From assembly GCA_965222375.1 (NCBI GenBank), contig CBDCTZ010000016.1:3411963-3475962 (forward strand): a stretch of DNA of 64,000 nucleotides, written 5' to 3'. Below are positions 49,584 to 59,043 of this stretch, in pieces. The notes under the pieces are model-generated. The model worked only from the letters and a program-made list of their open reading frames with translations. It was not told the DNA's origin and did no database searches. The stretch's first letter is position 1. The number at the start of each line of letters is the position of its first letter. The DNA is from Polyangiaceae bacterium (GTDB taxonomy: Bacteria; Myxococcota_A; Polyangia; Polyangiales; Polyangiaceae). The position numbers were made by a program, and so were the translations under genes.

Positions 49584-50696
49584 GTGGCGCAGGCCTTTGA
49601 GCGCGATATCACTCCGGCACTTGAAGCCATCGTTGCCCGCATCCGTCCCGGGGCCACGCTGGAGCGCGTGTGGCCTTTCGGCATCGATGAAGCTGATGCC
49701 CAAGATGCCCCAACCTCAAAGGGCACCGGATACGGCGTACCTTTGCGGTTGGAGGTGCGCCTCGAAAACGGCGAGCAAGACACTCTCGTCTTCCACACCG
49801 CCAAGCCTGACGCCTTCGGGCACGACCGGCGCGCAGACAGGGCGGCTGAGATGCTGCTGTCCTTCGATCGCTTCGCGCAGATCCCCCACCACGTAACGGC
49901 CCTCGATGTTGGGGCCATCGGCAACGATGGCAAGACGCTCCACTCGCTCTCGGACGCTCGGGAGTTCTACTTGATTACTGCGTACGCGCCCGGGCACGTC
50001 TACGCCGACGAGTTACGGCGTATTGCTCAGCGCGGTAGCCTGGGCCCCGACGATTTGGCGCATACCGAGATCCTGGCGCGGGCTTTGGCTGAGATTCATG
50101 GCCAGAAGATCGACAATCCCTTGCGCTACACGCGCTCGATTCGCGATTTGGTGGGAAGCGGCGAGGGCATTTTCGGGCTGATCGACGCCTATGATGCGTC
50201 CGTGGAATGCGCGCCGCCCAAGCGTATGCAGCAAATCGAGTCGCTGTGCGACGGCTGGCGCTGGGCGCTAAAAGATCGGCATCACCGAATGGCGCGCTCC
50301 CACGGAGACTTCCACCCGTTCAATATCCTGTTCAGCGACGACCACAAACTCGCGCTCCTGGATAGCAGCCGGGGCTCCATGGGGGACCCTGCAGACGACG
50401 TCACTTGCCTTGCCATCAACTACATCTTCTTTGCGGTCGAGCATCCCGAAGCTTGGCAGCCGGCATTTCGCGTCTTGTTTCAGCGCTTCTTCGAGCTGTA
50501 CTTGGAACTCACTCAGGATGCAGAGCTATTTGACGTTTGCGCGCCCTTCTTCGCCTGGCGTGGGCTCGTGATCTGCAATCCCGTTTGGTACCCCGCAGTT
50601 AGCGGTCGGGCACGGGACCGAATGCTCAGTCTGATTGAAGACGTGCTTGCCAGAGATCGCTTTCACCCGGCGATGGCGGATGAGGTGTTTGGGTGA
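49584..50696 (+). CDS. aminoglycoside-phosphotransferase/choline-kinase-like protein (alternative start ATG 49458)
   Basis: KGTGYG, LAEIH, HGDFHPFNILF, LLD, GDPADD. Confidence 0.8.
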   Translation: MAQAFERDITPALEAIVARIRPGATLERVWPFGIDEADAQDAPTSKGTGYGVPLRLEVRLENGEQDTLVFHTAKPDAFGHDRRADRAAEMLLSFDRFAQIPHHVTALDVGAIGNDGKTLHSLSDAREFYLITAYAPGHVYADELRRIAQRGSLGPDDLAHTEILARALAEIHGQKIDNPLRYTRSIRDLVGSGEGIFGLIDAYDASVECAPPKRMQQIESLCDGWRWALKDRHHRMARSHGDFHPFNILFSDDHKLALLDSSRGSMGDPADDVTCLAINYIFFAVEHPEAWQPAFRVLFQRFFELYLELTQDAELFDVCAPFFAWRGLVICNPVWYPAVSGRARDRMLSLIEDVLARDRFHPAMADEVFG

Positions 50697-51208
50697 ACGG
50701 GGTCGTGCTGTGGATTGTCGGAAGACCATCCTCGGGCAAGTCGACCTTCGCGAAAGCAGCTTTCAAATTGTTGCAAGAGCAGGGGGTCTGCGCTTGCGTG
50801 CTGGATGGTGATGCGGTGCGCGCGGCTTTGCGCCCAGCGCCTGGCTATGACCCAGAGGCCCGGGATGCGTTCTACGAGACCCTGGCGAACTTGGCGGCGC
50901 TGGTCGCCGCTCAGGGACAGATCGTTTTGGTGCCCGCCACGGCGTCGCGGGCGGAGTATCGACGTCGAGCCAAACAGCTGGCGCCGGACTTTTTCGAGGT
51001 TTTCGTGGACGTTCCGCAACAGGAGGTGGAGGCGCGGGATGCCAAAGGGCTGTATCGCGCCGTTCGCGAGGGGCGCGTGCAGGGGGTGCCCGGAGCCGAC
51101 GCTCCCTTCGACGCTCCGGAACATGCCGATGCTGTCGCGCGCGGCGGCCACGACACGGCCACCGTGGAGGAAGTGGTGCGACGTGTGCGACAGCGAGTGA
51201 AGGGCTGA
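50693..51208 (+). CDS. adenylyl-sulfate-kinase-like P-loop kinase
   Basis: GRPSSGKST, LDGDAVR, EVFVD, RDAKGLY, PGADAPFDAP; GTGA overlap with the phosphotransferase. Confidence 0.85.
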   Translation: MNGVVLWIVGRPSSGKSTFAKAAFKLLQEQGVCACVLDGDAVRAALRPAPGYDPEARDAFYETLANLAALVAAQGQIVLVPATASRAEYRRRAKQLAPDFFEVFVDVPQQEVEARDAKGLYRAVREGRVQGVPGADAPFDAPEHADAVARGGHDTATVEEVVRRVRQRVKG

Positions 51209-52102
51209 TGCCCGAGCAGCCGGACGTCGACGTTTACTGCGAACGCATCACTGCGCTCTTCGCGGACCAGCGGCTGGAGCGGGTCCGTCTTCAGAGCCCT
51301 TTCTTGCTGCGCACTGTGTCGCCGCCCTTGGCGGCGGCGGAGGGAAAGAAATTGCTTGGGGCGCACCGGATGGGCAAACGAATCGTCTTCGAATTGGAAG
51401 GCGAGCTCTTCCTGGTGTTGCACTTGATGATTTCCGGGCGTCTGCGCATGAAAGCGTTGAAGGTGGTCGTGCCGCGTAAGGTCGGGCTCGCCGCCTTCGA
51501 TTTCGAGTCGCACTCTCTTCTGCTGACCGAGGCGAGTAGTCGCAAGCGGGCTAGCCTTTTCGTGGTCGAGGGGGAAGCGGCGTTGAAGCCCTTCGAGCGC
51601 GGTGGAGTGGAAGCACTCGAGGCCACCGCGGCGGTGTTCAGGGCGGCGCTGACTCGGGAAAACCGCACCTTGAAACGGGCGCTCACAGACCCCAGGATCG
51701 TGAGCGGCGTCGGGAACGCCTACTCGGACGAGATCCTCTGGCTGGCGCAGCTTTCTCCCACGAAGCGCACCCAGTCCCTGGCCAAGGAGGAGCTGGCCCG
51801 ACTGCACAAGGCCACGAAGAGCACGCTGCGCGACTGGACGAAGCGTTTGCGGAAGCAGGTCGGTGACGGATTCCCTGACAAGGTGACGGCGTTTCACGAT
51901 GACATGGCCGTGCATGGTCGGTTTGGAAAACCTTGTCCGCGCTGTCAAACCAAAGTCCAGCGCGTGCGGTTCGCAGACAATGAACTGAACTACTGTCCGC
52001 GCTGTCAAACGGGTGGGAAGATGCTTGCGGATCGCAGCTTGTCGAAGCTTCTGGGGGGGGACTGGCCCAAGACAATCGATGAATTGGAAGAGCGGGCCGA
52101 CT

Positions 52103-52113
<11 letters not shown>
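51208..52113 (+). CDS. Fpg/Nei family DNA glycosylase
   Basis: N-terminal PEQPDV, GK, HLMISG, H2TH GVGNAYSDEIL, zinc finger CPRC...CPRCQ. Confidence 0.92.
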
Positions 52114-52983
<870 letters not shown>

Positions 52984-52987
<4 letters not shown>

Positions 52988-53364
52988 GTATCACCTTCGC
53001 GGTACAGAAACACCACGTCGCCCATTTGCAGGGTATCGCCGTCTCTCAGCACCGCGGAGTTCGCTCGCACGCCGTTGACATAGAAGCCGTTCTTGCTGCC
53101 CAGATCACTGCAGACGTACTCCAGACCCTTGCGGTTGAGCGCAACGTGCTTGCGGGACAGCGCGCTGGATTCCAAGGAGATGTGAGCCTGCAGGGACCTG
53201 CCGACGACGACCTCCGGGAGGCGCAGTACGAATCGTTGCGGGGCTCCGGGCCCTTGTACCTGCTCGAGTACGAATGGCTTGCGGAGCTGGGCCATGGCTT
53301 CGAGCACGGGCCCACGCTCTATCGAGAGGGTTTCCTCTCCGTCCAACTTGTCACTGCCACTCAC
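52984..53364 (-). CDS. small FHA-domain protein
   Basis: VGR, LSRKH, DLGSKNGFYVNG, LRDGDTLQMG; ATGA overlap with the MBL gene; start estimated at GTG 53364. Confidence 0.85.
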
Positions 53365-53543
53365 GATCCCAAGAACTCTACCTGAAGACGACGGGGGGCG
53401 CTCGGGTAGGTGTGCAGTGCCCGCAGTTTGCAGGCGCTTGGCGGGCGCGCCGGCTGGCCCCGGGGCCTGCCGGGTGGGAAATTCGTGTCCTAACTGGCGC
53501 TCGCGACAGGACGATGCGAGGTTGTCGCCCGAGCGAGGCACGG

Positions 53544-53918
53544 ATGACCAAGTGGCTATGGGTAGCGCTGGCGGGAGCGCTCGGCACCGTTTTGCGGGTG
53601 TGGGTCTCGGGGGCCATTCAGCGTGCGGTTGGGCCCGCCTTTCCCTGGGGCACCGCGGTCGTGAACGTCGTCGGTTGCCTGCTTTTTGGTGCGGCCTTTG
53701 CGGCTCTCGATGGGCGGGTCAACGTCTCTCCCACACTGAAGCTCGTGATCCTCGGGGGATTCATGGGCGCGTTTACGACCTTTTCTACTTTCATCTTCGA
53801 GGCAGAGGCCTTGTTGGTGGACGGACGGCTAGGAGCTGCGGCGCTAGACGTGCTAGGTCAAAGCGTCGCGGGGTTGGTCGCGATGGTTGCCGGCCTCGCT
53901 CTGGGTCGTGCGCTTTGA
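53544..53918 (+). CDS. crcB: fluoride efflux channel CrcB/FluC
   Basis: GALGTVLR, FPWGTAVVNVVGC, GFMGAFTTFSTF. Confidence 0.93.
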   Translation: MTKWLWVALAGALGTVLRVWVSGAIQRAVGPAFPWGTAVVNVVGCLLFGAAFAALDGRVNVSPTLKLVILGGFMGAFTTFSTFIFEAEALLVDGRLGAAALDVLGQSVAGLVAMVAGLALGRAL

Positions 53919-53947
53919 CCCGCCGTTAACTCAGCTTCAGGTTTCCC

Positions 53948-54412
53948 ATGGCCATCCAACGCATTCTGGTTCCTGTTGATTATTCGGATCGCTGCCGTCA
54001 TGCCCTCGGCTACGCTTTGAACTTGGCGGACAAGCTCAAGGCGGCTGTCGACGTTGTGCACATCTGGGATCGCCCGGCGTACGTTCCCGATACCATGGTA
54101 GTCGGCAAGCCCGGAACCCAGCCGAAGTCCCTTGCCGACCTGATCCGCGAAAACGCCGAAACCGAGATGGAAGAGTTTTTGGCGAAGATGAGCGCTCCCG
54201 AGGGCGTCACCATCGAGCATCACCTGGAGTCCGGCGAGCCCGCATCGGCCATCTTGGCGACGGCGAAAGACTCGGGTGCCGATCTGATCGTGATTGGCAC
54301 TCACGGCCGCACGGGCGTGCGGCACTTTCTTCTGGGCAGCGTGGCCGAGAAACTCGTCCGCTTGAGCTCGGTTCCGGTCGTCATCGTGCCGGACGATTCG
54401 ACGAGCAAGTGA
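53948..54412 (+). CDS. universal stress protein
   Basis: RILVPVDYS, ADLIVIGTHGRTG..LLGSVAEKLVR..VPV. Confidence 0.95.
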   Translation: MAIQRILVPVDYSDRCRHALGYALNLADKLKAAVDVVHIWDRPAYVPDTMVVGKPGTQPKSLADLIRENAETEMEEFLAKMSAPEGVTIEHHLESGEPASAILATAKDSGADLIVIGTHGRTGVRHFLLGSVAEKLVRLSSVPVVIVPDDSTSK

Positions 54413-56187
54413 GCCCAGCTCCCTTTCCTCTCAGCCGTGGTTTGAAGCGTTGGGGCCGCCGTCTCGGCAGGCTAGCTCGGGGCCGTAAGCTCACCCTGTG
54501 GGTGGACGCAAGCTATCGCCTACCCCTGGCTTCCGTGGAGGCACTGACGGGGATCGAACCACGTCGCGCCGACCTCGTCGTTGCCTATCTGCATTCTCTT
54601 GGCATGATCGGCCCCGGTGACGTTCGCCGACCGACCCGGGCGCACTTCGAAGATCTGTGCCGCGTGCACACCCTTCAGTGGCTGGAGGAGATCCACAACG
54701 CTGACACCCTGGCCCGGGTATTCGCCGTCGACGCGTCGGACATCGTGGTTGATGAAGTGCTGGACACGTTGCGATTGGCCACCGGCGGCACCTTGGCCGC
54801 AGCGAGGTCCAGTTTGGAGGATCGCGGGCCAGGCCTGAACCTCCTTGGCGGGTTTCATCACGCGGGGCCAGGGCGTGGCGGCGGTTTTTGCGCAATCAAC
54901 GACATTGCTGTGAGCGTGGCTGCCCTGCGAGAAGAGGGTTTCGACAAGCGAGTGGCGATTCTGGATCTAGACGCGCACCCGCCCGATGGGACCGCGGAGT
55001 GTTTCCAAGACGATCCGTCCGTATGGACCGGATCCCTGTCCGGCGCGGACTGGGGGCCCCTTCCGGGAGTGGATGAAACGGTGCTTCCGCCTCAATGCGA
55101 CGACTCGACCTACCTGGCGTCGCTGTCACAACTACTCACGCGGATGCCGCCGGCGGGCCTCTATTTCGTCATCGCGGGAGGAGATGTGCTGGAAGTGGAT
55201 CGTTTGGGAGGGATTTCCATGTCCCTTTCTGGCGTGCAACAACGAGATGATCTCGTGCGGCGCGCCGTGGGTTCATCGCCCCAGGTTTGGCTGCCAGGTG
55301 GCGGCTACAGCAAAGACGCCTGGCGAGTCTTGGCGGGCACTGCGCTACTGCTACTGCGGGGGCAGCCCAGCCACGTCGAAGCGGATGTGGACCCTCTCGC
55401 GCTATCCTACGCTCACATCAGTCGGGAGCTGAGGCGGGAAGACCTCGGGGAGAGCCTCGCGCTCAGCGAGGACGACATCTTGTCGGATCTGGGTGGTCGC
55501 TCCATGCGACAGCCGAAGCTGCTGGGCTTCTACACCGCATCGGGGCTCGAGTTCGCCTTGGCGCGCTACGGAATACTCAGTCACTTGCGCCGGTTGGGCT
55601 ACGGCTCGTTTCGAGTAGCCATAGACACCGACAACCGCGGCGACCGAATGCGCGTCTTCGCCCGCAGTGATGGCGTCGAGCATCTGCTCTTCGAGACGGT
55701 GCTGGAGCGCAAGACTGTCGCGGACAAGCAGGTCTTGTACGTGCACTGGTTGACGCTGCGCAACCCGCGGGGGGCGTTTTCAAAGACCCGCCCGAAGCTA
55801 CCGGGGCAGGAGGAGCCAGGCTTGGGATTGGCCCAAGAGGCGGGGCAGCTCCTGGCTCTGACGGCGGGTCGACTGGGCCTGGCCGGAATCGCCTTCCGCC
55901 CCGCCTGGCTCCACACCGCCTACGCAGCGCGACACCGTTTCGTGTTCGTGGACCCGGAACGCCAGGGTCGTTTCGAAGCTCTGCTTCGGGATTTGGGCGG
56001 CACGCCGCTGCTGCGGCTGTCCGTCTCGCTGGCAGAGGGGCGAGTACGCTTGAATGGGGAGTCCTACACCTGGGAGGCCGATGAGATGGTGTACTGGCTT
56101 TCAGAGCAGCAACCCAGCCAGCCGGAAACCGCAGCGGCGCGGGAAGCCGCCCACTTCACTCTCGATCGTGAGCCTTCGGACGCATGA
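54409..56187 (+). CDS. histone-deacetylase-family (AcuC-like) protein with extra C-terminal domain
   Basis: GGFHHA, GFCAINDIA, DLDAHPPDGT, AGGD..DRLG, GGGY; ~250-aa C-terminal extension. Confidence 0.88.
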   Translation: MSPAPFPLSRGLKRWGRRLGRLARGRKLTLWVDASYRLPLASVEALTGIEPRRADLVVAYLHSLGMIGPGDVRRPTRAHFEDLCRVHTLQWLEEIHNADTLARVFAVDASDIVVDEVLDTLRLATGGTLAAARSSLEDRGPGLNLLGGFHHAGPGRGGGFCAINDIAVSVAALREEGFDKRVAILDLDAHPPDGTAECFQDDPSVWTGSLSGADWGPLPGVDETVLPPQCDDSTYLASLSQLLTRMPPAGLYFVIAGGDVLEVDRLGGISMSLSGVQQRDDLVRRAVGSSPQVWLPGGGYSKDAWRVLAGTALLLLRGQPSHVEADVDPLALSYAHISRELRREDLGESLALSEDDILSDLGGRSMRQPKLLGFYTASGLEFALARYGILSHLRRLGYGSFRVAIDTDNRGDRMRVFARSDGVEHLLFETVLERKTVADKQVLYVHWLTLRNPRGAFSKTRPKLPGQEEPGLGLAQEAGQLLALTAGRLGLAGIAFRPAWLHTAYAARHRFVFVDPERQGRFEALLRDLGGTPLLRLSVSLAEGRVRLNGESYTWEADEMVYWLSEQQPSQPETAAAREAAHFTLDREPSDA

Positions 56188-56656
56188 CGAGAACAGGGCA
56201 GGGCGCCTGCTTCACGGTGCCTTCTGCGACGGAACCCACGACGAGCCGCGAGATGCCTTTGCGGCTGTGGGTGCCGACGATGATCAGATCCGCATCCACC
56301 TCTTTAGCCAGAGCGACGATGGCCTTGGCCGGAGTGCCGAAGTCGACAACTGCGGCGATTCGTTTCTGATTGAACTTGAAGCCCTGCGACTCGAAGTTGG
56401 CGATGCGCTCGGCGACGTACGCTTCGAGGGCGGCCTGAGCTTCGTCCTGGAACTTCCGTCGGACTTCCTCCATCAAGTCTGCTGGACGAGGGAGTCCGTC
56501 CTCTGCCACGGCCACCGCGTAGATCATCCCATCGCGCTCGAGGGCCAGCACCATGGCCGCTTCCAGCGCGGAAGCGGCTTGGTCCGAGTAGTCGACGCCG
56601 ACCACTATCTTGTACGTCTTCGGTACGGGCGGCGGAGGCGGGGGTTCCGTGGGCAT
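56156..56656 (-). CDS. universal stress protein
   Basis: KIVVGVDYS, ADLIIVGTHSRKG..VGSVAE..APCPVLV. Confidence 0.93.
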   Translation of the reverse strand: MPTEPPPPPPVPKTYKIVVGVDYSDQAASALEAAMVLALERDGMIYAVAVAEDGLPRPADLMEEVRRKFQDEAQAALEAYVAERIANFESQGFKFNQKRIAAVVDFGTPAKAIVALAKEVDADLIIVGTHSRKGISRLVVGSVAEGTVKQAPCPVLVMRPKAHDRE

Positions 56657-56755
56657 GGCCCGGGGGTTTAGCCCCCGCTTCGCCCAGCGCGCAAGTCGGC
56701 GTCTGTTCAGACAGCCGTCTTCGCGCCAGAAAGCAGTGCTATACGCTGCGGGCCA

Positions 56756-57196
56756 ATGGGCGAAAGCTTCAAAACACGCTACCGGGTTCGGGTTCGCTTC
56801 GGCGACACGGACCTGATGGGCATCGTGCACCACGCTGTCTATCTTTCTTACTTCGAGGCAGGCCGCGTCGAGTATCTGCGGCGTCGCGGCGTTGAAGCCG
56901 AAGGCTGGGCAGCCCGCGGTCTTCACTTTCCAGTGGTGGATGCGAAGTTGCGCTACCGACGACCGGCCCACTTCGATCAACTGCTCGTGGTGGAATCTTG
57001 GGTCTCAAGGCTGACGCGGGTGACGCTGGAGTTTTCCTATGACGTCGCGCGCGCCGGCGATGCTGAGCTGTTGGTGCAGGGCAGCACTTTGCTTGCGTGT
57101 GTAGACCAAACCCACAAACCGGTACGCATTCCGGCTGACCTGGCGAGTTGCATCCAGGGACCGGAGCTCCATCCCCGGCCCGAAAACGAGACCTGA
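56756..57196 (+). CDS. acyl-CoA thioesterase (YbgC/4HBT family)
   Basis: RVRFGDTDLMGIVHHAVYLSYFEAGR. Confidence 0.92.
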   Translation: MGESFKTRYRVRVRFGDTDLMGIVHHAVYLSYFEAGRVEYLRRRGVEAEGWAARGLHFPVVDAKLRYRRPAHFDQLLVVESWVSRLTRVTLEFSYDVARAGDAELLVQGSTLLACVDQTHKPVRIPADLASCIQGPELHPRPENET

Positions 57197-57198
57197 GC

Positions 57199-57837
57199 TC
57201 AGAGCGTAATGGGGGCAGAGCGCGGTTGACTCGGGGGTTTGGCTTTGGGGTCCTCGCTCTCGATCCTGACCTCGTCGAAGGACACGGAGGCATGGTCCAC
57301 AACGGCGCTTGCGACGAAGATGGGCGCCGATGCGCCGAGGGCTAGGGCGATGGCGTCCGAGGGGCGGGCATCGAGTTCCCAGCGTCCGTTAGGACTCTTC
57401 AAGACCACGGTGCCGTGAAAGGTTTGGTCTTCCAACTTGTCGACACGCGCCGCCAGGACCTTGGCCTCGAGCCGCGACAACGCGTCGTCCATCAGGTCGT
57501 GGGTCAAGGGTCGTTTGAAGCGCGCTCCCTTGTGGCGTAGCTGAATGGACAAAGCCTCGGTGCCCGAGATGAAGATCGGCACGCCGATTCGCTTGTCGTC
57601 CCGCGCTAGTAGGACGACGTTGCCGCCACCGCGGGTTTCCAACACGCCGCCCACTCGCATCTTCACGTAGCCCGGTGGGGCAAGCGGGCGCGCCGACGCT
57701 GCACTGGAGGCTGGCCGCGCCACCGAAGTGGAGGGTGCGGGCTGTGGGGACGCGTTGGGGTCACGCTTGCAGGCCAGCGCCGTGACGGCCACCACAACGG
57801 CCAGCCCGCAGCTCGAATACGGCCTCAAACGGGACAT
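57199..57837 (-). CDS. bifunctional nuclease (DUF151) domain lipoprotein
   Basis: PIFISGTEA, RPLTHDL, DARPSDAIALA; N-terminal lipobox ALAC. Confidence 0.85.
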   Translation of the reverse strand: MSRLRPYSSCGLAVVVAVTALACKRDPNASPQPAPSTSVARPASSAASARPLAPPGYVKMRVGGVLETRGGGNVVLLARDDKRIGVPIFISGTEALSIQLRHKGARFKRPLTHDLMDDALSRLEAKVLAARVDKLEDQTFHGTVVLKSPNGRWELDARPSDAIALALGASAPIFVASAVVDHASVSFDEVRIESEDPKAKPPSQPRSAPITL

Positions 57838-57952
57838 GGTTCGACTTGGGTGGATCCCCTGGCGACAATTGGATCGCCCATGGCCATGCAGCATGCGGGA
57901 CAGGGGGCTCTTCTGCAAACGCAATGGGAGCGCGGAGGCGCAACCAGCCGAA

Positions 57953-58960
57953 TCAGACGTGTGCGATGCCGACGGGAGGACCTGAGCTCACGAAAAGCTC
58001 GGCGACATGCTCGATGGGTTCGCCGTCGAGAATCAAGGACAGCAGTTCAGGTCCCGTCGCGACTACCCGCATCTGGCGACCCTTCTTCTCGACCAGGCGC
58101 GCGCTGGGTATAGCGCGCCCGCGGACCAGGGCAGGCAAGGCACGGATCATTTCCGCGGGCACGATCTCGCCCGCCTGGAAGTGGCTTTCACCCCGCTCAG
58201 CGGCGTAGGGGAATACCCGAAACACGCCACCCAAAGACACATCGAAGGCACCGGCGTGAATCGCACCGTGCGCTTCCCCTGGCACAGCCTCACCGTCGAT
58301 TGTGACTGCCGCTACGGTTGGCCGGAAGACCGCGCGGCCGTACTCCAGGTAGCGCTCGGGTACTGGGGCGCGCACGCGATCGAGAGCATGAGACGCAACC
58401 GCTTGCACAACGACTCGCACGATCGCGCGCGCGCCTTGCACGGGCTCCGTGTAGTACTTCGTGAAGAAGCGTTGGCCGATTCCTCCTGCAGCCAAAGCGA
58501 AGCCCACCACGTCCAGCTCCTGCTCGGGCCGGCCAGGTGCACGCAGGGTGCCCGTGAGCCGAAGGCTGTCGACTTCCTTGCGTTGAGGGCGCGCGCCCCT
58601 TCGGTAGGTTGCTGCCAGTCGGGCGACGATGCTCTCCACGTCACCAGCGATACCCACCTTGCGTGCCACGAAGTCGATGGTGCCGCTGTTGGTCGGAAGC
58701 AGCAGCGGCAGTTCGCTCTCGCTTCGGCGCTTTCGCAGCGCATTGAGTACGCCGCCTAGGGTTCCGTCGCCGCCGCTGATGGCGACCACCTCGGCGCCGA
58801 CGTTCAGCGCCTCGTCGACCGCTGGACCCACGGCGTGTTCGGACTCGGTCTCGAACACCCGCCCCTGCCAACCCAGGATTGCCTCCAGGCGTGCTGCGTC
58901 AGTTGCCGGTCGGTGTCGGCCGGCGTTTGGATTGATGATAACGGCAATAGGGCGGGACAC
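57953..58960 (-). CDS. diacylglycerol-kinase-family lipid kinase
   Basis: VIINPNAG, GGDGTL, SGTIDFVAR, LDGE; start set at GTG 58960 because the rest of the track ORF is antisense to the next gene. Confidence 0.85.
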   Translation of the reverse strand: MSRPIAVIINPNAGRHRPATDAARLEAILGWQGRVFETESEHAVGPAVDEALNVGAEVVAISGGDGTLGGVLNALRKRRSESELPLLLPTNSGTIDFVARKVGIAGDVESIVARLAATYRRGARPQRKEVDSLRLTGTLRAPGRPEQELDVVGFALAAGGIGQRFFTKYYTEPVQGARAIVRVVVQAVASHALDRVRAPVPERYLEYGRAVFRPTVAAVTIDGEAVPGEAHGAIHAGAFDVSLGGVFRVFPYAAERGESHFQAGEIVPAEMIRALPALVRGRAIPSARLVEKKGRQMRVVATGPELLSLILDGEPIEHVAELFVSSGPPVGIAHV

Positions 58961-59043
58961 GGCGACCTTGGGGCCATAGCGTCCGCCGGAGTTTCCGTAA
59001 ATGTCCGATTTTTCTGGAGTGAATGCTACGCTGGGCACGAGCG

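Noticed and set aside
50693..51208. Assigning the symbol cysC
   Set aside because: The family is clear, but the context lacks sulfate-activation genes, so orthology is unsupported
53497..53543. Fluoride riboswitch upstream of crcB
   Set aside because: A hairpin (CGCTCGCGACAG...TTGTCGCCCGAGCG) is present, but the GGCGATGG..CGCC / AAC.GC / GCTAATGAC consensus is not; needs an Infernal run
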